This document shows positions 34,411 through 45,007 of a stretch of DNA of 64,000 nucleotides, in pieces. The translations under genes and the position numbers were made by a program. Position 1 is the first letter of the stretch; each line of letters starts with the position of its first letter. Under the pieces are notes generated by a model that saw only the letters and a program-made list of their open reading frames with translations, ran no database searches and had not been told where the DNA came from. Source of the stretch: an uncultured Lentisphaerales bacterium (lineage in GTDB: Bacteria > Verrucomicrobiota > Lentisphaeria > JABSQK01 > UBA12247); the NCBI GenBank assembly GCA_943788985.1, contig CALSSJ010000007.1, forward strand, positions 10,268-74,267, given 5' to 3'.

Positions 34411-36069
34411 ATGGCTGGTAAGAAACCCTCCAAGCGCGAAAAGCGCCAACAAAAGAGCCGAGCAGTCCAGGCCAGAAACTCCTGGCGTATTCGCATCTCC
34501 ACCTGGTTGGGTGGTAAGGAGCAGCGTCGGCTGATGCTGAAGCCCGCTGCGCGCTGGAGTGTCCTGATCGTCGGCCTGCTGTTGATCGGCGTCTGGCAGA
34601 ACTCGTTCGCACGCAGCCATGAAAAGCTTGACCGTAATTATGCGCTGCGCGCTTCGTCAGGAATTCATCAGCAGACCCGGCTGCTTTACTTTCTCTATTT
34701 TAAGGGCTTGTTTCCCGTAGCAACTGAGGTGCCTGATGAGGACCTCGAAAAATCTCTTGCTGGCGCTGACAGCGAGATCGCCGAGAATGGCGACAAGCTG
34801 CTGACTGAAGTTGGCCATAGCACGCGCTACGGCGAGCTGGGCAAGACCTACCTCTATCTTCCAAGCATCTGGCGCAACGGCTGGGACGAAGAGCCGAACA
34901 TGCGTGTGGCCAGCGGCACCGCATTCGCCGTTGCCCTTATGGGGCTCTTTCTCGCATTCTGGCTAATTCGACGACCAGTCTTGGGCACCTTCCTCGTGAT
35001 TTTTATCGGCTCTAATCCCTTTCAGCTTTTCGAGATCTACGGCCGGCAACACGTACCGACCTTCTGGTTTCCTGACGGTCATGATAACATTTTCTGCTGG
35101 GTCATTATTACCGCAACAGCCGTTCTTGCCTTGAACCTACCGCTATTTTCCAGTGGCCAGCGCAAGCTCTATCGCTGGTGCGCACCCGTCCTGACAGGCA
35201 TCTTGGTTGCCACAATTGGCACCCTGCGCAGCGAGCCCGTTGCCCTCGTCGGCACCGCAGCCTTCTGCTATCTGTTCGTCGCCCACAAGCGCAGCTGGCC
35301 AGTCAGGATCGGGATGCTGGTTGTCCTGTTGGCCGCCTTCTCGCTCACCAGCCGTAGCTGGGGCTCATTCTTCAAGGGAAAAATCAAGGCAGCCGAGCAA
35401 GTGGTCGAGGAAGCTGGCGGCCATGTCTACCCCGGCCCACGCGACATCAACCACCTGTTCTGGCATCCAATCTGGGTGGGGCTGGCAGACTTCGATCTCG
35501 GCACAGATTGGAAGGATCACAAGTCTTCGGACTTTGCCCTACCCATCCTCAAGGAACAGTACGACATCGAGATTCCGAAGATCGTAGTGCAGAAAGGTAC
35601 GACTTTTGAACGGGCCTATAAGCCGTGGGATGAAGCCGGAAAGTTCTACCGCCAAGCGCACGAACTCGATCACTTCGGCGATGTCCTGCGGGATGACCTG
35701 ATCGAACGCATCAAGAAGGATCCGCTGTGGTATCCGGGCATCCTGTTCAGGCGCAGCAAACGGGTTCTGTCTGAGTCCACGCCAATTCGGCTTGCCTGGG
35801 GCACCTCCGGGATTACGATCCCGTTCAGTGGCTGGCTGGTGCTACCATTTCTTGGACTCCTGGTCTGGTGCCGGTCCTGGGTCCCTCTCGCCACTATTTT
35901 GGTGTTAGCAGGCACCTCCGCTACTGCGGTCGCCGTATTCTCAGGCGGTAATACGGCATTCTATTCGACCTTTCACATTGCTGCGATGGCAGCAATCTGC
36001 TCCTGTGCCGTCGAAGCAATCCTGAAATACCTCCGCACCACCAAGCAGGAGCAGGCCGCCCGTGGCTAA
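34411..36069 (+). CDS. Polytopic membrane protein with large soluble loops (possible GT-C-type transferase)
   Basis: About 10 hydrophobic segments and two large loops; overlaps the GT2 gene. The family assignment is inference from context. Confidence 0.65.
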   Translation: MAGKKPSKREKRQQKSRAVQARNSWRIRISTWLGGKEQRRLMLKPAARWSVLIVGLLLIGVWQNSFARSHEKLDRNYALRASSGIHQQTRLLYFLYFKGLFPVATEVPDEDLEKSLAGADSEIAENGDKLLTEVGHSTRYGELGKTYLYLPSIWRNGWDEEPNMRVASGTAFAVALMGLFLAFWLIRRPVLGTFLVIFIGSNPFQLFEIYGRQHVPTFWFPDGHDNIFCWVIITATAVLALNLPLFSSGQRKLYRWCAPVLTGILVATIGTLRSEPVALVGTAAFCYLFVAHKRSWPVRIGMLVVLLAAFSLTSRSWGSFFKGKIKAAEQVVEEAGGHVYPGPRDINHLFWHPIWVGLADFDLGTDWKDHKSSDFALPILKEQYDIEIPKIVVQKGTTFERAYKPWDEAGKFYRQAHELDHFGDVLRDDLIERIKKDPLWYPGILFRRSKRVLSESTPIRLAWGTSGITIPFSGWLVLPFLGLLVWCRSWVPLATILVLAGTSATAVAVFSGGNTAFYSTFHIAAMAAICSCAVEAILKYLRTTKQEQAARG

Positions 36070-37033
36070 TAGGCTCGTCAGCATCGTCGCACCGGTCTAC
36101 AACGAAGAGACCGTCATCGCAGAGTTGGTCCAGCGCAGCTGCGACACCATGAAGCCCTTGACAGGCTATGACTACGAGATCGTTCTCGTAGACGACGGCA
36201 GTCAGGACAACTCACTCGCAGTGATGAAAGAACTAACTGCCCAATACGAGAAACTCAGAGTCGTCGAACTGCGCGGTAACTTCGGCCAAACGCCCGCGCT
36301 GCAGGCTGGCCTGGATGCAGCGCAGGGTGAAATTGTCATCACCCTGGATGCCGATCTCCAGCACTTTCCGGAGGAGATTCCAAACTTCCTCGCAAAGCTA
36401 GATGAAGGCTACGACATGGTCTGCGGCTGGCGTCATAAACGTGCGGAGGGCGCAATTCGGCGTTGGCCGTCCGCTATTGCCAACAAGCTGCTCAAGCGCA
36501 TCGCCCGCGTCGACATTCATGACTTCGGCACGACCTTCCGCGCCTACGACGCACGCATCATCCCCGATCTCCGGCTCTATGGCGAGTTTCACCGCTTCAT
36601 CCCCGTACTGGGCAAGATGGCAGGTGCTCGGATCGCCGAGATCCCGATCAAGAATATCGAACGCCCAGCTGGCGTAAACAACTATGGGATTGGCCGCACC
36701 TTCGGGGTTTTCCTCGACCTGTTCATTCTCTACTTCTTCGTCCGCTACATGGACCGACCGATGCGCGCCTTCGGCAAGCTCGCCGCATTCTGCTTTGCGA
36801 TCGGCAGTGCCAACATCACCTATATGGTCATTGCCGCCGCAGTTAGAGACTTCCCGATGTTCAAAGAGCACCCTGGCTGGTTCATCTTCTCGGCGATGTT
36901 GCTGATGGCCGCCGGACAACTGATCCTGGCCGGCATCCTGGCAGAGATTCTCGTGCGCGTTCACTACGAACACGGGGACCGTCGTGTCTATAAAGTCCGC
37001 AATACATGGCAGGCGAATGACCAGTCGTCGTGA
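36062..37033 (+). CDS. GT2 polyprenol-phosphate glycosyltransferase (ArnC/DPM1-like)
   Basis: SIVAPVYNEE, VDDGSQD, NFGQTPAL, LDADLQH, HRFIP; two C-terminal TM helices. Confidence 0.92.
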   Translation: MANRLVSIVAPVYNEETVIAELVQRSCDTMKPLTGYDYEIVLVDDGSQDNSLAVMKELTAQYEKLRVVELRGNFGQTPALQAGLDAAQGEIVITLDADLQHFPEEIPNFLAKLDEGYDMVCGWRHKRAEGAIRRWPSAIANKLLKRIARVDIHDFGTTFRAYDARIIPDLRLYGEFHRFIPVLGKMAGARIAEIPIKNIERPAGVNNYGIGRTFGVFLDLFILYFFVRYMDRPMRAFGKLAAFCFAIGSANITYMVIAAAVRDFPMFKEHPGWFIFSAMLLMAAGQLILAGILAEILVRVHYEHGDRRVYKVRNTWQANDQSS

Positions 37034-37051
37034 CCTTGCTGTCCGCGTACC

Positions 37052-38964
37052 ATGTGCGGCATAGTCGGCTTTTACTCGAAGACCGGCGCCCCTGCTCCCC
37101 ATGAACCGTTGTGGGGCGGGCTGACCGACTCGCTTGCCCACCGTGGCCCCGACGACGGGGCATACTGGGGCGACGGGCCATTCTTTCTAGGCCATAGACG
37201 CCTGTCCATTATCGGGCTCGAAACCGGTGCCCAGCCCATGCCGTCCGCAGACGGTCGCTACGTTATCGCCTTCAATGGCGAGATCTACAATCATTGCGAA
37301 CTCCGCAAAACCCTCCAGGCACACGGCTGCGAATTCCGCACCGATGCCGATACCGAGGTACTGCTCCACGGCTACCAACGCTGGGGCACAGACCTGCCGA
37401 AGCACCTCACCGGCATGTTTGCCTTTGCCATTGCCGACCGCCTGGAGAACAGCCTCTTCCTAGCGCGCGATCGCTTTGGTGAGAAGCCCCTGCTGGTCTG
37501 GAACGGGCCAGAGTACGTGGCGTTCGCATCCGAAATGCGCCCGCTGGCAGCCTTAAGCGATCTCCCACACGCTGTCGACCGCGTCGCCCTTGGCGACTAC
37601 CTCTGCCTCAACTACGTGCCTGGCGAGCGGACCATGATGGCCGATATCAAGCGCCTGCCAGCCGCCACCTCGCGCCTGTATCGCGGTGGCCGCTGTGAAA
37701 GCGAAGTCTACTGGCAGCCCGAGCCCTGTGATTTGCCGACTTCGATGCCTGACGCGCTGGACGCTTTTCGCGAGCGTTTCGATCGTGCGGTCAAGCTCAC
37801 GCTCGCCAGTGATGTTCCGGTAGGGATCTTTCTCTCCGGAGGCATCGACTCCAGCTTGGTTGCGGAGTCCGCAGCGCGCCAAGGCACGCTCACAAACGCC
37901 TACGTGCTCGACTTCGCAGAGCAGTCCCACTCGGAGAAAGGCGCCGCTGCGATGGTCGCGGAGCGGCTCGGCATTCCGCTGCAAAGCGTAGCGCTTGAGC
38001 CCACGGCAGACATTCAATCGCTCGTGGATCATGCCGATGATCCGCTCGCAGACTCCTCCGCGCTTCCTGTGCGGACCATCTCAGAGCTTGCCGTGCAAGG
38101 CAACAAAGTCGTCCTAGGCGGCGACGGGGCAGATGAGCTTTTCGCCGGATATCTCACCTACCACGCCAGCGAACTTCACCGCCGCTATATCAGCCGCTTG
38201 CCAGGTCCAGTCCGGCGATCCATGGCTTGGGTCGCGCCGCGACTGCCGATCGGAGGCGGCAAGGTCTCGACCAGCTACAAGCTATGGCGCTTTCTCCGCG
38301 CCGCACCACTGCCGACCTCGCTCGCGCATCTTACTTGGAATGGCACCTGGCTGCCCGACCAGGTCAGCGCCTTCATGCGCGACGCTCCCGAAGCTGCGCC
38401 GCTCAGCAGCCTGTATGAAGGCATCGGCCCTCGAGCCCCGACCTACACGCCCTCCAGCGCCGCGACCAGCGGGAGTACCTCTGCCATGATATCCTGGCCA
38501 AGGTCGACCGCATGACCATGTCAGCGGGACTGGAATGCAGAGCGCCATTCCTGAATCACGATCTGGCTAGCTGGGCCTGTAGCCTCCCCCAGTCGATGAC
38601 CTACGCTGGCGGCACCCTGAAGCACTTGCTTCGCACAGCTGCCCACGACATCTATGGGCCTGAGATCAGCGAACGCCCCAAGCAGGGGTTCAGCATTCCC
38701 ATCCACGAATGGCTGCGCGGCCCGATGCGAGATCCACTCACTGAGCTGCTCTCCGAAGAGAGCGTCAATGCCACAGAAGTACTTGCACCCTCGCAGGTTC
38801 AGGATACACTGCGCATGCACTTGAGCGGCAGGCGCTCGTACGGATGGGAACTTTGGGGCCTAGCGGTGTTTGTCGCCTGGCATCGCTGCCGCATCCAGCA
38901 CCGCCCTGAACTGCCAACCGCGACCTCGCGACGCCTAACCATCGCCCGAGAATTCACACCGTGA
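37052..38964 (+). CDS. asnB: Asparagine synthase (glutamine-hydrolysing)-family amidotransferase, frameshift near 38440
   Basis: MCGIVG, HRGPD, FNGEIYN, LSGGIDSS, GDGADELF. The shifted frame gives YLCHDILAKVDRMTM...ECRAPFL...KQGF. Confidence 0.9.
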
Positions 38965-39767
38965 GCAAAGACCAGACAGCCAAAACCATTGACGACTTCG
39001 GCGTGCAATGGACCAACTTCCGGGACAACGATGGCTACTACGGCTCGATCGAGCTGTTCAAGGATGCCTTCCCTCTGGTTCCCGTTGAGGAAATCGAAGG
39101 CCAGCACGTGCTGGATATTGGCAGTGGAACCGGCCGAATCGTAAACATGCTGCTCGCAGCCGGAGCAGGGCACGTCACCGCCGTCGAACCGTCAGACGCC
39201 TACGATGTCATGCTGGAAAACACCGAGCATGCGCGGGAGAAGGTCACTGGCATCCGCTGTCCAGGCAATGAGATCGACCTGGACCAAGCCTGCGACCTTG
39301 TCTTCTCCTTCGGCGTCATCCACCACATCCCCGACCCCAAGCCGGTACTCGAAGCCGCTTTTCGAGCCCTGAAGCCAGGCGGCAAGATCACGATTTGGGT
39401 CTACGGCTGGGAGGGGAATGTCCCCTATCTGGCAGTCGTACTGCCGATGCGGATGATCACCTCTCACCTGCCACATTGGGCACTACAGCTAGTGAGTAGA
39501 CTGATGGACATCCCGCTGGTCATCTACGTCTGGCTTTGCCGCTTCCTGCCGCTCCCGCTGGCAAAATATATGCGCGAAGTCATCGCCAAGCTGACTCCCG
39601 AGAAGCGAGTCTGGAATATCTACGACCAGCTTAATCCAGCCTATGCCAAGTATTATCGCCGACACGAAGCCATCTCTGTACTCGAAGAAGCTGGCTTCGT
39701 CGATGTAGACGCCTTTCATCGTCATGGCTACAGCTGGTCCGTAGTAGGCACCAAGCCGGAGGCATGA
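38961..39767 (+). CDS. Class I SAM-dependent methyltransferase
   Basis: DFGVQW, VLDIGSGTGR, GVIHHIPDP, LKPGG. Confidence 0.9.
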   Translation: MSKDQTAKTIDDFGVQWTNFRDNDGYYGSIELFKDAFPLVPVEEIEGQHVLDIGSGTGRIVNMLLAAGAGHVTAVEPSDAYDVMLENTEHAREKVTGIRCPGNEIDLDQACDLVFSFGVIHHIPDPKPVLEAAFRALKPGGKITIWVYGWEGNVPYLAVVLPMRMITSHLPHWALQLVSRLMDIPLVIYVWLCRFLPLPLAKYMREVIAKLTPEKRVWNIYDQLNPAYAKYYRRHEAISVLEEAGFVDVDAFHRHGYSWSVVGTKPEA

Positions 39768-40522
39768 TGGACCTCGAGCAGAAGCAGGCGCAGCACTACG
39801 ACGCCATCAGCGAAGAATACAACGCCCACTACGGCGATCCCCAGAGCATTCGCTACCGCCATCGCTTCGTCTTTGGCCCCTTATTGCGCGGGCTAGAGCT
39901 CAATGGCGCGACCTTTCTCGACGCAATGTGCGGGCAGGGCGAAGTCTCAGAGTTTGTGCGCGCCCGGGGTGCCAAGCCCATGGGCCTGGATGTCTCCCCC
40001 GAGCAAGTAAAAAGCTACGAGCGCCACTGCCAAGGCAGCACCGGAATCTGCGCCTCCATCCTGGATACCGGACTGGATAGCGAGAGCGTAGACTACGTCA
40101 GCGTCATCGGTGGGCTTCATCATGTCCAACCCGATGTCCCCGGGGCTCTCCGTGAAATCCATCGCATCCTCAAGCCTGGCGGCATGCTGCTCTTCTTCGA
40201 GCCTCACAAAGGATCATTCTTCGACCTGTTGCGCCGCGTCTGGTACGGGCAGGATGGATTATTCGAAGACAACGAAGAAGCGCTCGATATGAAGGCACTC
40301 CGTGCGGAGTTCGCAGACAGCTATCATGTCGACTTCGAGTATTATAAGGGCAACATCGCCTATCTCTTCGTCTACAACTCCATGGTCTTCCGGCTTCCCG
40401 TGGGGGCCAAGAAATACTACGCCCCGCCCTTGCTGTTCCTAGAGCGACTGATCGCCCCCTTCCAGTTTTCCTGGAACTCCTGCTTTGTCATCGGCCGCTG
40501 GCAAAAACGCCCGACGCCCTGA
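39764..40522 (+). CDS. Class I SAM-dependent methyltransferase
   Basis: FLDAMCGQG, GLDVS, GLHH, EIHRILKPGG, FEP. Confidence 0.9.
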   Translation: MMDLEQKQAQHYDAISEEYNAHYGDPQSIRYRHRFVFGPLLRGLELNGATFLDAMCGQGEVSEFVRARGAKPMGLDVSPEQVKSYERHCQGSTGICASILDTGLDSESVDYVSVIGGLHHVQPDVPGALREIHRILKPGGMLLFFEPHKGSFFDLLRRVWYGQDGLFEDNEEALDMKALRAEFADSYHVDFEYYKGNIAYLFVYNSMVFRLPVGAKKYYAPPLLFLERLIAPFQFSWNSCFVIGRWQKRPTP

Positions 40523-40746
40523 AGTGGGAAGGAATTTGGATAGGATCTAATCGGACTGATCGGTTATCCACCGCACCTCCCCGCGCGCCATGCCTGACGT
40601 CCCCAGAATGGAGTATACGTATGCCCACACCTTACGCTCCCACTTGTCACTCCCTCCGACAGTTTTTGGGGCGTCGATTGTCATGATGATCGACTCTACC
40701 CAAGCAAGACCAGCAGTCATGCAGCCCCTCATTGTCGTCTCGCCTG

Positions 40747-40776
40747 ATCAGTGTCCATCGGTGTTCATCAGTGGTT
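40747..40776. repeat. Three imperfect decamer repeats
   Basis: ATCAGTGTCC ATCGGTGTTC ATCAGTGGTT, intergenic. Confidence 0.6.
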
Positions 40777-40827
40777 GATCTTCCCCGCCAGACCCTTTTT
40801 GCGAATCCTTTTGTGGTCGACTTTTCC

Positions 40828-40928
40828 GGGAGCGCGGGCGACTTGCCCGCACTGTAGCAAACCTCTTTGGACGCACAAGGACGAGCCGCAGCTGTGCATT
40901 ATGGGGCAGGCGGGACGCCTGCGCTCCC
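40828..40928. repeat. REP-like inverted pair (REPIN-like)
   Basis: GGGAGCGCGGGCGACTTGCCCGC (40828-40850) and GCAGGCGGGACGCCTGCGCTCCC (40906-40928) are imperfect reverse complements, each with an internal hairpin. Confidence 0.7.
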
Positions 40929-41042
40929 AGGTTGAGCTCACGCTCGGACGCCTCTTACGACGAAATCGCATGAATTAATCGGGCTAAACTCGAACAGACT
41001 GCTAGATTTCGGTATTTTCCGCTAGCTAGACGAGATCAGACG

Positions 41043-42116
41043 ATGAATCAACACCCGACAAATGCTGCTGATGCCTTGGCCTTGATGAAGGAAAAGGTGG
41101 GCTCAGTGATTCCGGAGTTCGAACTCGAGGCTAAGGCCGAGTTGGTCGCGGAGATCGAACGACTCAAGATTGAGCGGAATGCGATTATTCTGGGCCATAA
41201 TTACATGGAGCCTGCGCTGTTTCATACGGTGCCGGACTTTGTCGGCGATTCGCTGGAACTCAGCCGCATCGCCGCGGAAGCGGAGCAGGATGTGATCGTC
41301 TTTTGCGGCGTCCGCTTTATGGCGGAAACCGCCAATATCCTGAACCCAAATAAGACGACGCTCATTCCGGCTCGCAAGGCGGGCTGCTCGCTCGCGGAAA
41401 GCATCACCGCTCAGGATGTGCGGGACCTAAGGAAAAAGTACCCGGGTGTTCCCGTGGTGACGTACATCAATACCTACGCGGATGTGAAGGCCGAGTGCGA
41501 TATCTGCTGCACCTCGGGCAATGCCAATGAGGTCGTAGAATCCCTGGGATCGGAGACGGTTATTTTTCTGCCAGACGAGTTTCTGGCCAAGAATGTGGCC
41601 CGGGAAACGGGGAAGCACATCATCGTACCAACGCGCGATCCCAAGGTGGATGCCGACGTGGACTACCAGATGATCGGCTGGCACGGGCGCTGTGAGGTGC
41701 ACGAGAAGTTCACAGTTGCGGACATCGCAGCGGCACGAGAGAGCTACCCAGATGTGATAGTCCTGACGCACCCGGAATGCCCGCCAGATGTGGTCGAGGC
41801 TTCAGATTTTTCGGCCAGCACGACGGCTATGGTGCGCTTTGTCCAGGCCAGCCCAGCCAAGCACTTTCTGATTCTCACGGAATGCAGCATGGCGGACAAT
41901 ATCGCCGCTGAGAATCCGGAGAAGGAGATGCTTCGCATGTGCAGCATTCGCTGCCCGCACATGAATGAGATCACGCTCGAGGAAACGCGCGATGCGCTGC
42001 GTGATATGCGTTACATCGTCGAGGTCCCCGAGCCAATTCGCACACGCGCCCGTCGTTCCGTGGAGCGCATGCTTGAGATCATGCCCAAACGTCAGGTTCA
42101 CGCGGTCACCGATTGA
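41043..42116 (+). CDS. nadA: Quinolinate synthase
   Basis: ILGHNY, GDSLEL, FCGVRFMAE, GCSLA, YINT, CEVH, HPEC, CPHM. Confidence 0.96.
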   Translation: MNQHPTNAADALALMKEKVGSVIPEFELEAKAELVAEIERLKIERNAIILGHNYMEPALFHTVPDFVGDSLELSRIAAEAEQDVIVFCGVRFMAETANILNPNKTTLIPARKAGCSLAESITAQDVRDLRKKYPGVPVVTYINTYADVKAECDICCTSGNANEVVESLGSETVIFLPDEFLAKNVARETGKHIIVPTRDPKVDADVDYQMIGWHGRCEVHEKFTVADIAAARESYPDVIVLTHPECPPDVVEASDFSASTTAMVRFVQASPAKHFLILTECSMADNIAAENPEKEMLRMCSIRCPHMNEITLEETRDALRDMRYIVEVPEPIRTRARRSVERMLEIMPKRQVHAVTD

Positions 42117-43516
42117 CACCCACCCGGGACTGTTGCCTGGAGTATGCGCTGGCCAGGCTGGGAAGCCAGCGCGGTATGCAGATCACTGGCGCATGTTTGG
42201 GGCTGGTAATCGTTGGGCTCTACCACTGGTTTGATGCCCGGGTTCCGTTTCTGCTGCTGTTCAGTATCCCGACGATATTGATCCTGCTGTCGGCGGTCCA
42301 GACCTTGAGTAAGGAAGAGGACATCACCGACGAATTGCAGCTGATTCGCATTACAGGTGCCCGACCGGTACAGGCCCTGCTGGCCGTGCTGCCTAACAAA
42401 GTGCTTGGCCACTTCGCAACGGTCCTGGCTCTGCTGCCATTTCTGGGGCTGTCCGGCGACAACGTGCTGCGCAACTGGGCGCTGGTCATCCATCTGCTGC
42501 TGGCGACCTTCGCCGTCATATTACTGAGCTGGCTGCTCCGCCTGCTTAGAGTCTTCGTGCGGCTGATGGTGATCGCAATCTTTGGCGGCGCAACGGCTAT
42601 GCTGGCGATCGCGGCGACCGTCTGGATCTACTCCTCCGATGCCTCGGCGAACGCCTGCTTGGTTTGCCTCCTCGGTCACGCAATTGTGATCGGCCTGTAT
42701 TGGGCCGCAGTGAGCCTGTTACAAGAAGGAGCGTACGCCCGCGTGTACGAGACAAAGCTAACGAAGCATACGGGAAAGCGGGAGCAGCGGCGCTCACGAC
42801 GCATCACTGGCTCTCCCGCGGAATGGTACGTCCGCTATCATTGCCTGTGCAGGCTGTCGAACTGGGGACGCTTCTTGATCTGTCTCGCCGGAACCGCAAT
42901 TCTGTATAGATGCGGTAGGGCTGTTGCCGACGCCTCGGCACTGCCGGGCGCGATATTTGGTGTCTCCCTGGCAGCGACGGGCATTCTTGCGCTTGTGTGT
43001 GAGGCCTTGACGCGCTATAACCACCTGAGTCGTCAGCACCACGACCTCCGCGCGCTTCCGCTGCGCGCCACCCCCGAGGCACTCGCGTTGTTCCTGCGTG
43101 ACCCAATTGTTGGGGCACTCAAGGCACTAGCTGTCCCTTGTGTATTCATTGTGACCGGCTCAATTCTCTGCAAAAGCATCATCCCGCCGCTGATCCTCTT
43201 AGTGTTTTTTCAGACCACGGCCGTCCAGTTCACACTGAACTGCTGCTACCCAACCTCCAAAGATCGCACGAGGGCCCGTACCTCCCAGCTTACGGACCCC
43301 GACACTACTAGAATCTTCCATTACATGTGGAGGAAGTTCTGGCACGCTCTTGGCTTTGTCATCCTTTTTATCCCCGGGGTCGGGGCAATCCTTGCTGCAA
43401 TCTGGGCAGTGAGGCTTTGGCGCGAGGGGAAGGCAATTCATGATCAGCCCCGCGACTTCTTGCCGGAGCCTAAGGCTACGGATGGCAAGCTGCCAAAAGC
43501 GGCAGGCGGGCTATAG
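42113..43516 (+). CDS. Hypothetical polytopic membrane protein (ABC-2-permease-like repeats)
   Basis: Many TM segments; two halves containing ELQLIRIT and DLRALPL. Start uncertain (TTG 42113 or ATG 42176). Confidence 0.6.
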   Translation: MTPTRDCCLEYALARLGSQRGMQITGACLGLVIVGLYHWFDARVPFLLLFSIPTILILLSAVQTLSKEEDITDELQLIRITGARPVQALLAVLPNKVLGHFATVLALLPFLGLSGDNVLRNWALVIHLLLATFAVILLSWLLRLLRVFVRLMVIAIFGGATAMLAIAATVWIYSSDASANACLVCLLGHAIVIGLYWAAVSLLQEGAYARVYETKLTKHTGKREQRRSRRITGSPAEWYVRYHCLCRLSNWGRFLICLAGTAILYRCGRAVADASALPGAIFGVSLAATGILALVCEALTRYNHLSRQHHDLRALPLRATPEALALFLRDPIVGALKALAVPCVFIVTGSILCKSIIPPLILLVFFQTTAVQFTLNCCYPTSKDRTRARTSQLTDPDTTRIFHYMWRKFWHALGFVILFIPGVGAILAAIWAVRLWREGKAIHDQPRDFLPEPKATDGKLPKAAGGL

Positions 43517-43524
43517 TCCGCGCC

Positions 43525-44886
43525 ATGAAAATCGCAGCTACCTTCTTTGTGCTTGCACTCGGCATTGCTGCCCCTCATCCGGCGGTGTTGCTGTTCTGCG
43601 GGGTGTTCCTGGTGTTGCTCACTGGCTTCCCGGTGGCTTTTGCCCTTGGTGGCGTCTCGGTGCTGTTTGCCTTCGCCTACGGAAAAACCGCAGCCCTAGG
43701 GTTCCTGCCGCTGCGCATCTGGGGCATTCTTGAGAACTACGTGCTGATCGCGGTCCCGCTGTTCATTTTTATGGGCATCATGCTGGAGAAGTCGGGTATT
43801 GCCGAGGAACTGCTGGAAACCTGCGCACAGTTGCTGGGGAGGATTCGGGGCGGGCTGGCAATAACGGTGGTGCTGGTGGGGGCGCTGCTGGCCGCGTCAA
43901 CCGGGATCGTGGGTGCCACGGTGGTGACCATGGGCTTGTTGAGCCTGCCGACGATGTTACGTCGTGGCTACCATGTGCCGCTGTGTACGGGGACGATCTG
44001 TGCAAGCGGGACATTGGGCCAGATTATTCCGCCCAGTATCGTGCTGGTGCTGCTGGGCAGTCAGCTCCAAGAACCGATCGGCGACATGTTTCTGGCTGCT
44101 GTCATTCCCGGCCTGATGTTGGTGGGCATGTACCTGCTGTGGATTGTGATCTTGGGGGTAGTGCGGCCCGAGTGGATGCCGCTGGTACCTGAGGAAGAGC
44201 GGGCGGAATTCGCAAAGAACGTCTCAGTTGCGAAGATCGCACGCGCGCTGATCCCGCCGGTGCTCTTGGTCCTGGGTGTTCTCGGTTCGATCTTTGCGGG
44301 AATCGCAACTCCTACCGAAGCATCGGCTGTGGGTGTGGTGGGCGCGGGGGTGCTGGCGGCGATTCGCGGCAAGCTGAGCCTGGAAACGCTGCGCGGGGTC
44401 AGCCGCGAGACGGCCTTGCTCACCAGCATGGTCTTTATGATTCTGATCGGGGCGACCGCATTCTCGCTGGTGTTTCGCAGCCTGAATGGGCACGTGCTGT
44501 TGCAGCACACCGTGGAGAACGCCCAGCTCGGCCCGCTTCAGTTCCTACTGCTGGCGATGCTGGTGATGTTTATCGCTGGCTTCTTCATCGATTTCATCGA
44601 GATCATCTTCATCTTTGTGCCAGTGTTGATGCCAATCTGCCAGGCCTTTGGCCTTGACATGATCTGGGTGGGCATCTTGATCTCGCTGAATCTGCAGACG
44701 TCGTTTCTGACGCCACCGTTTGGGTTCGCCCTATTTTATCTAAAAGGCGTCGCACCGCCGGAAGTATCGACGCATCAGATCTACCGTGGGATCATTCCGT
44801 TCATTATTATTCAGGCGTTGGTGGTCGCGGCGGTGTTTATCTGGCCGGAGATAGCGCTCTGGCTCCCAGGCCTGAATGGAGAATGA
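43525..44886 (+). CDS. dctM: TRAP transporter large permease
   Basis: GFPVAFAL, LIAVPLFIFMG, GTLGQIIPPS, ATPTEA, TSFLTPPFG. Confidence 0.93.
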   Translation: MKIAATFFVLALGIAAPHPAVLLFCGVFLVLLTGFPVAFALGGVSVLFAFAYGKTAALGFLPLRIWGILENYVLIAVPLFIFMGIMLEKSGIAEELLETCAQLLGRIRGGLAITVVLVGALLAASTGIVGATVVTMGLLSLPTMLRRGYHVPLCTGTICASGTLGQIIPPSIVLVLLGSQLQEPIGDMFLAAVIPGLMLVGMYLLWIVILGVVRPEWMPLVPEEERAEFAKNVSVAKIARALIPPVLLVLGVLGSIFAGIATPTEASAVGVVGAGVLAAIRGKLSLETLRGVSRETALLTSMVFMILIGATAFSLVFRSLNGHVLLQHTVENAQLGPLQFLLLAMLVMFIAGFFIDFIEIIFIFVPVLMPICQAFGLDMIWVGILISLNLQTSFLTPPFGFALFYLKGVAPPEVSTHQIYRGIIPFIIIQALVVAAVFIWPEIALWLPGLNGE

Positions 44887-45007
44887 ACTTCCACTGTCCA
44901 ACAGCCAGAGGCCGGCCAAGCCAACGAATGTCCAATTTTCAAACAAAGATGGGACCGGCCAGGGGGCACTTGGAGGAGGAGATTTCACCCTTCAAACTTC
45001 AATTTTC

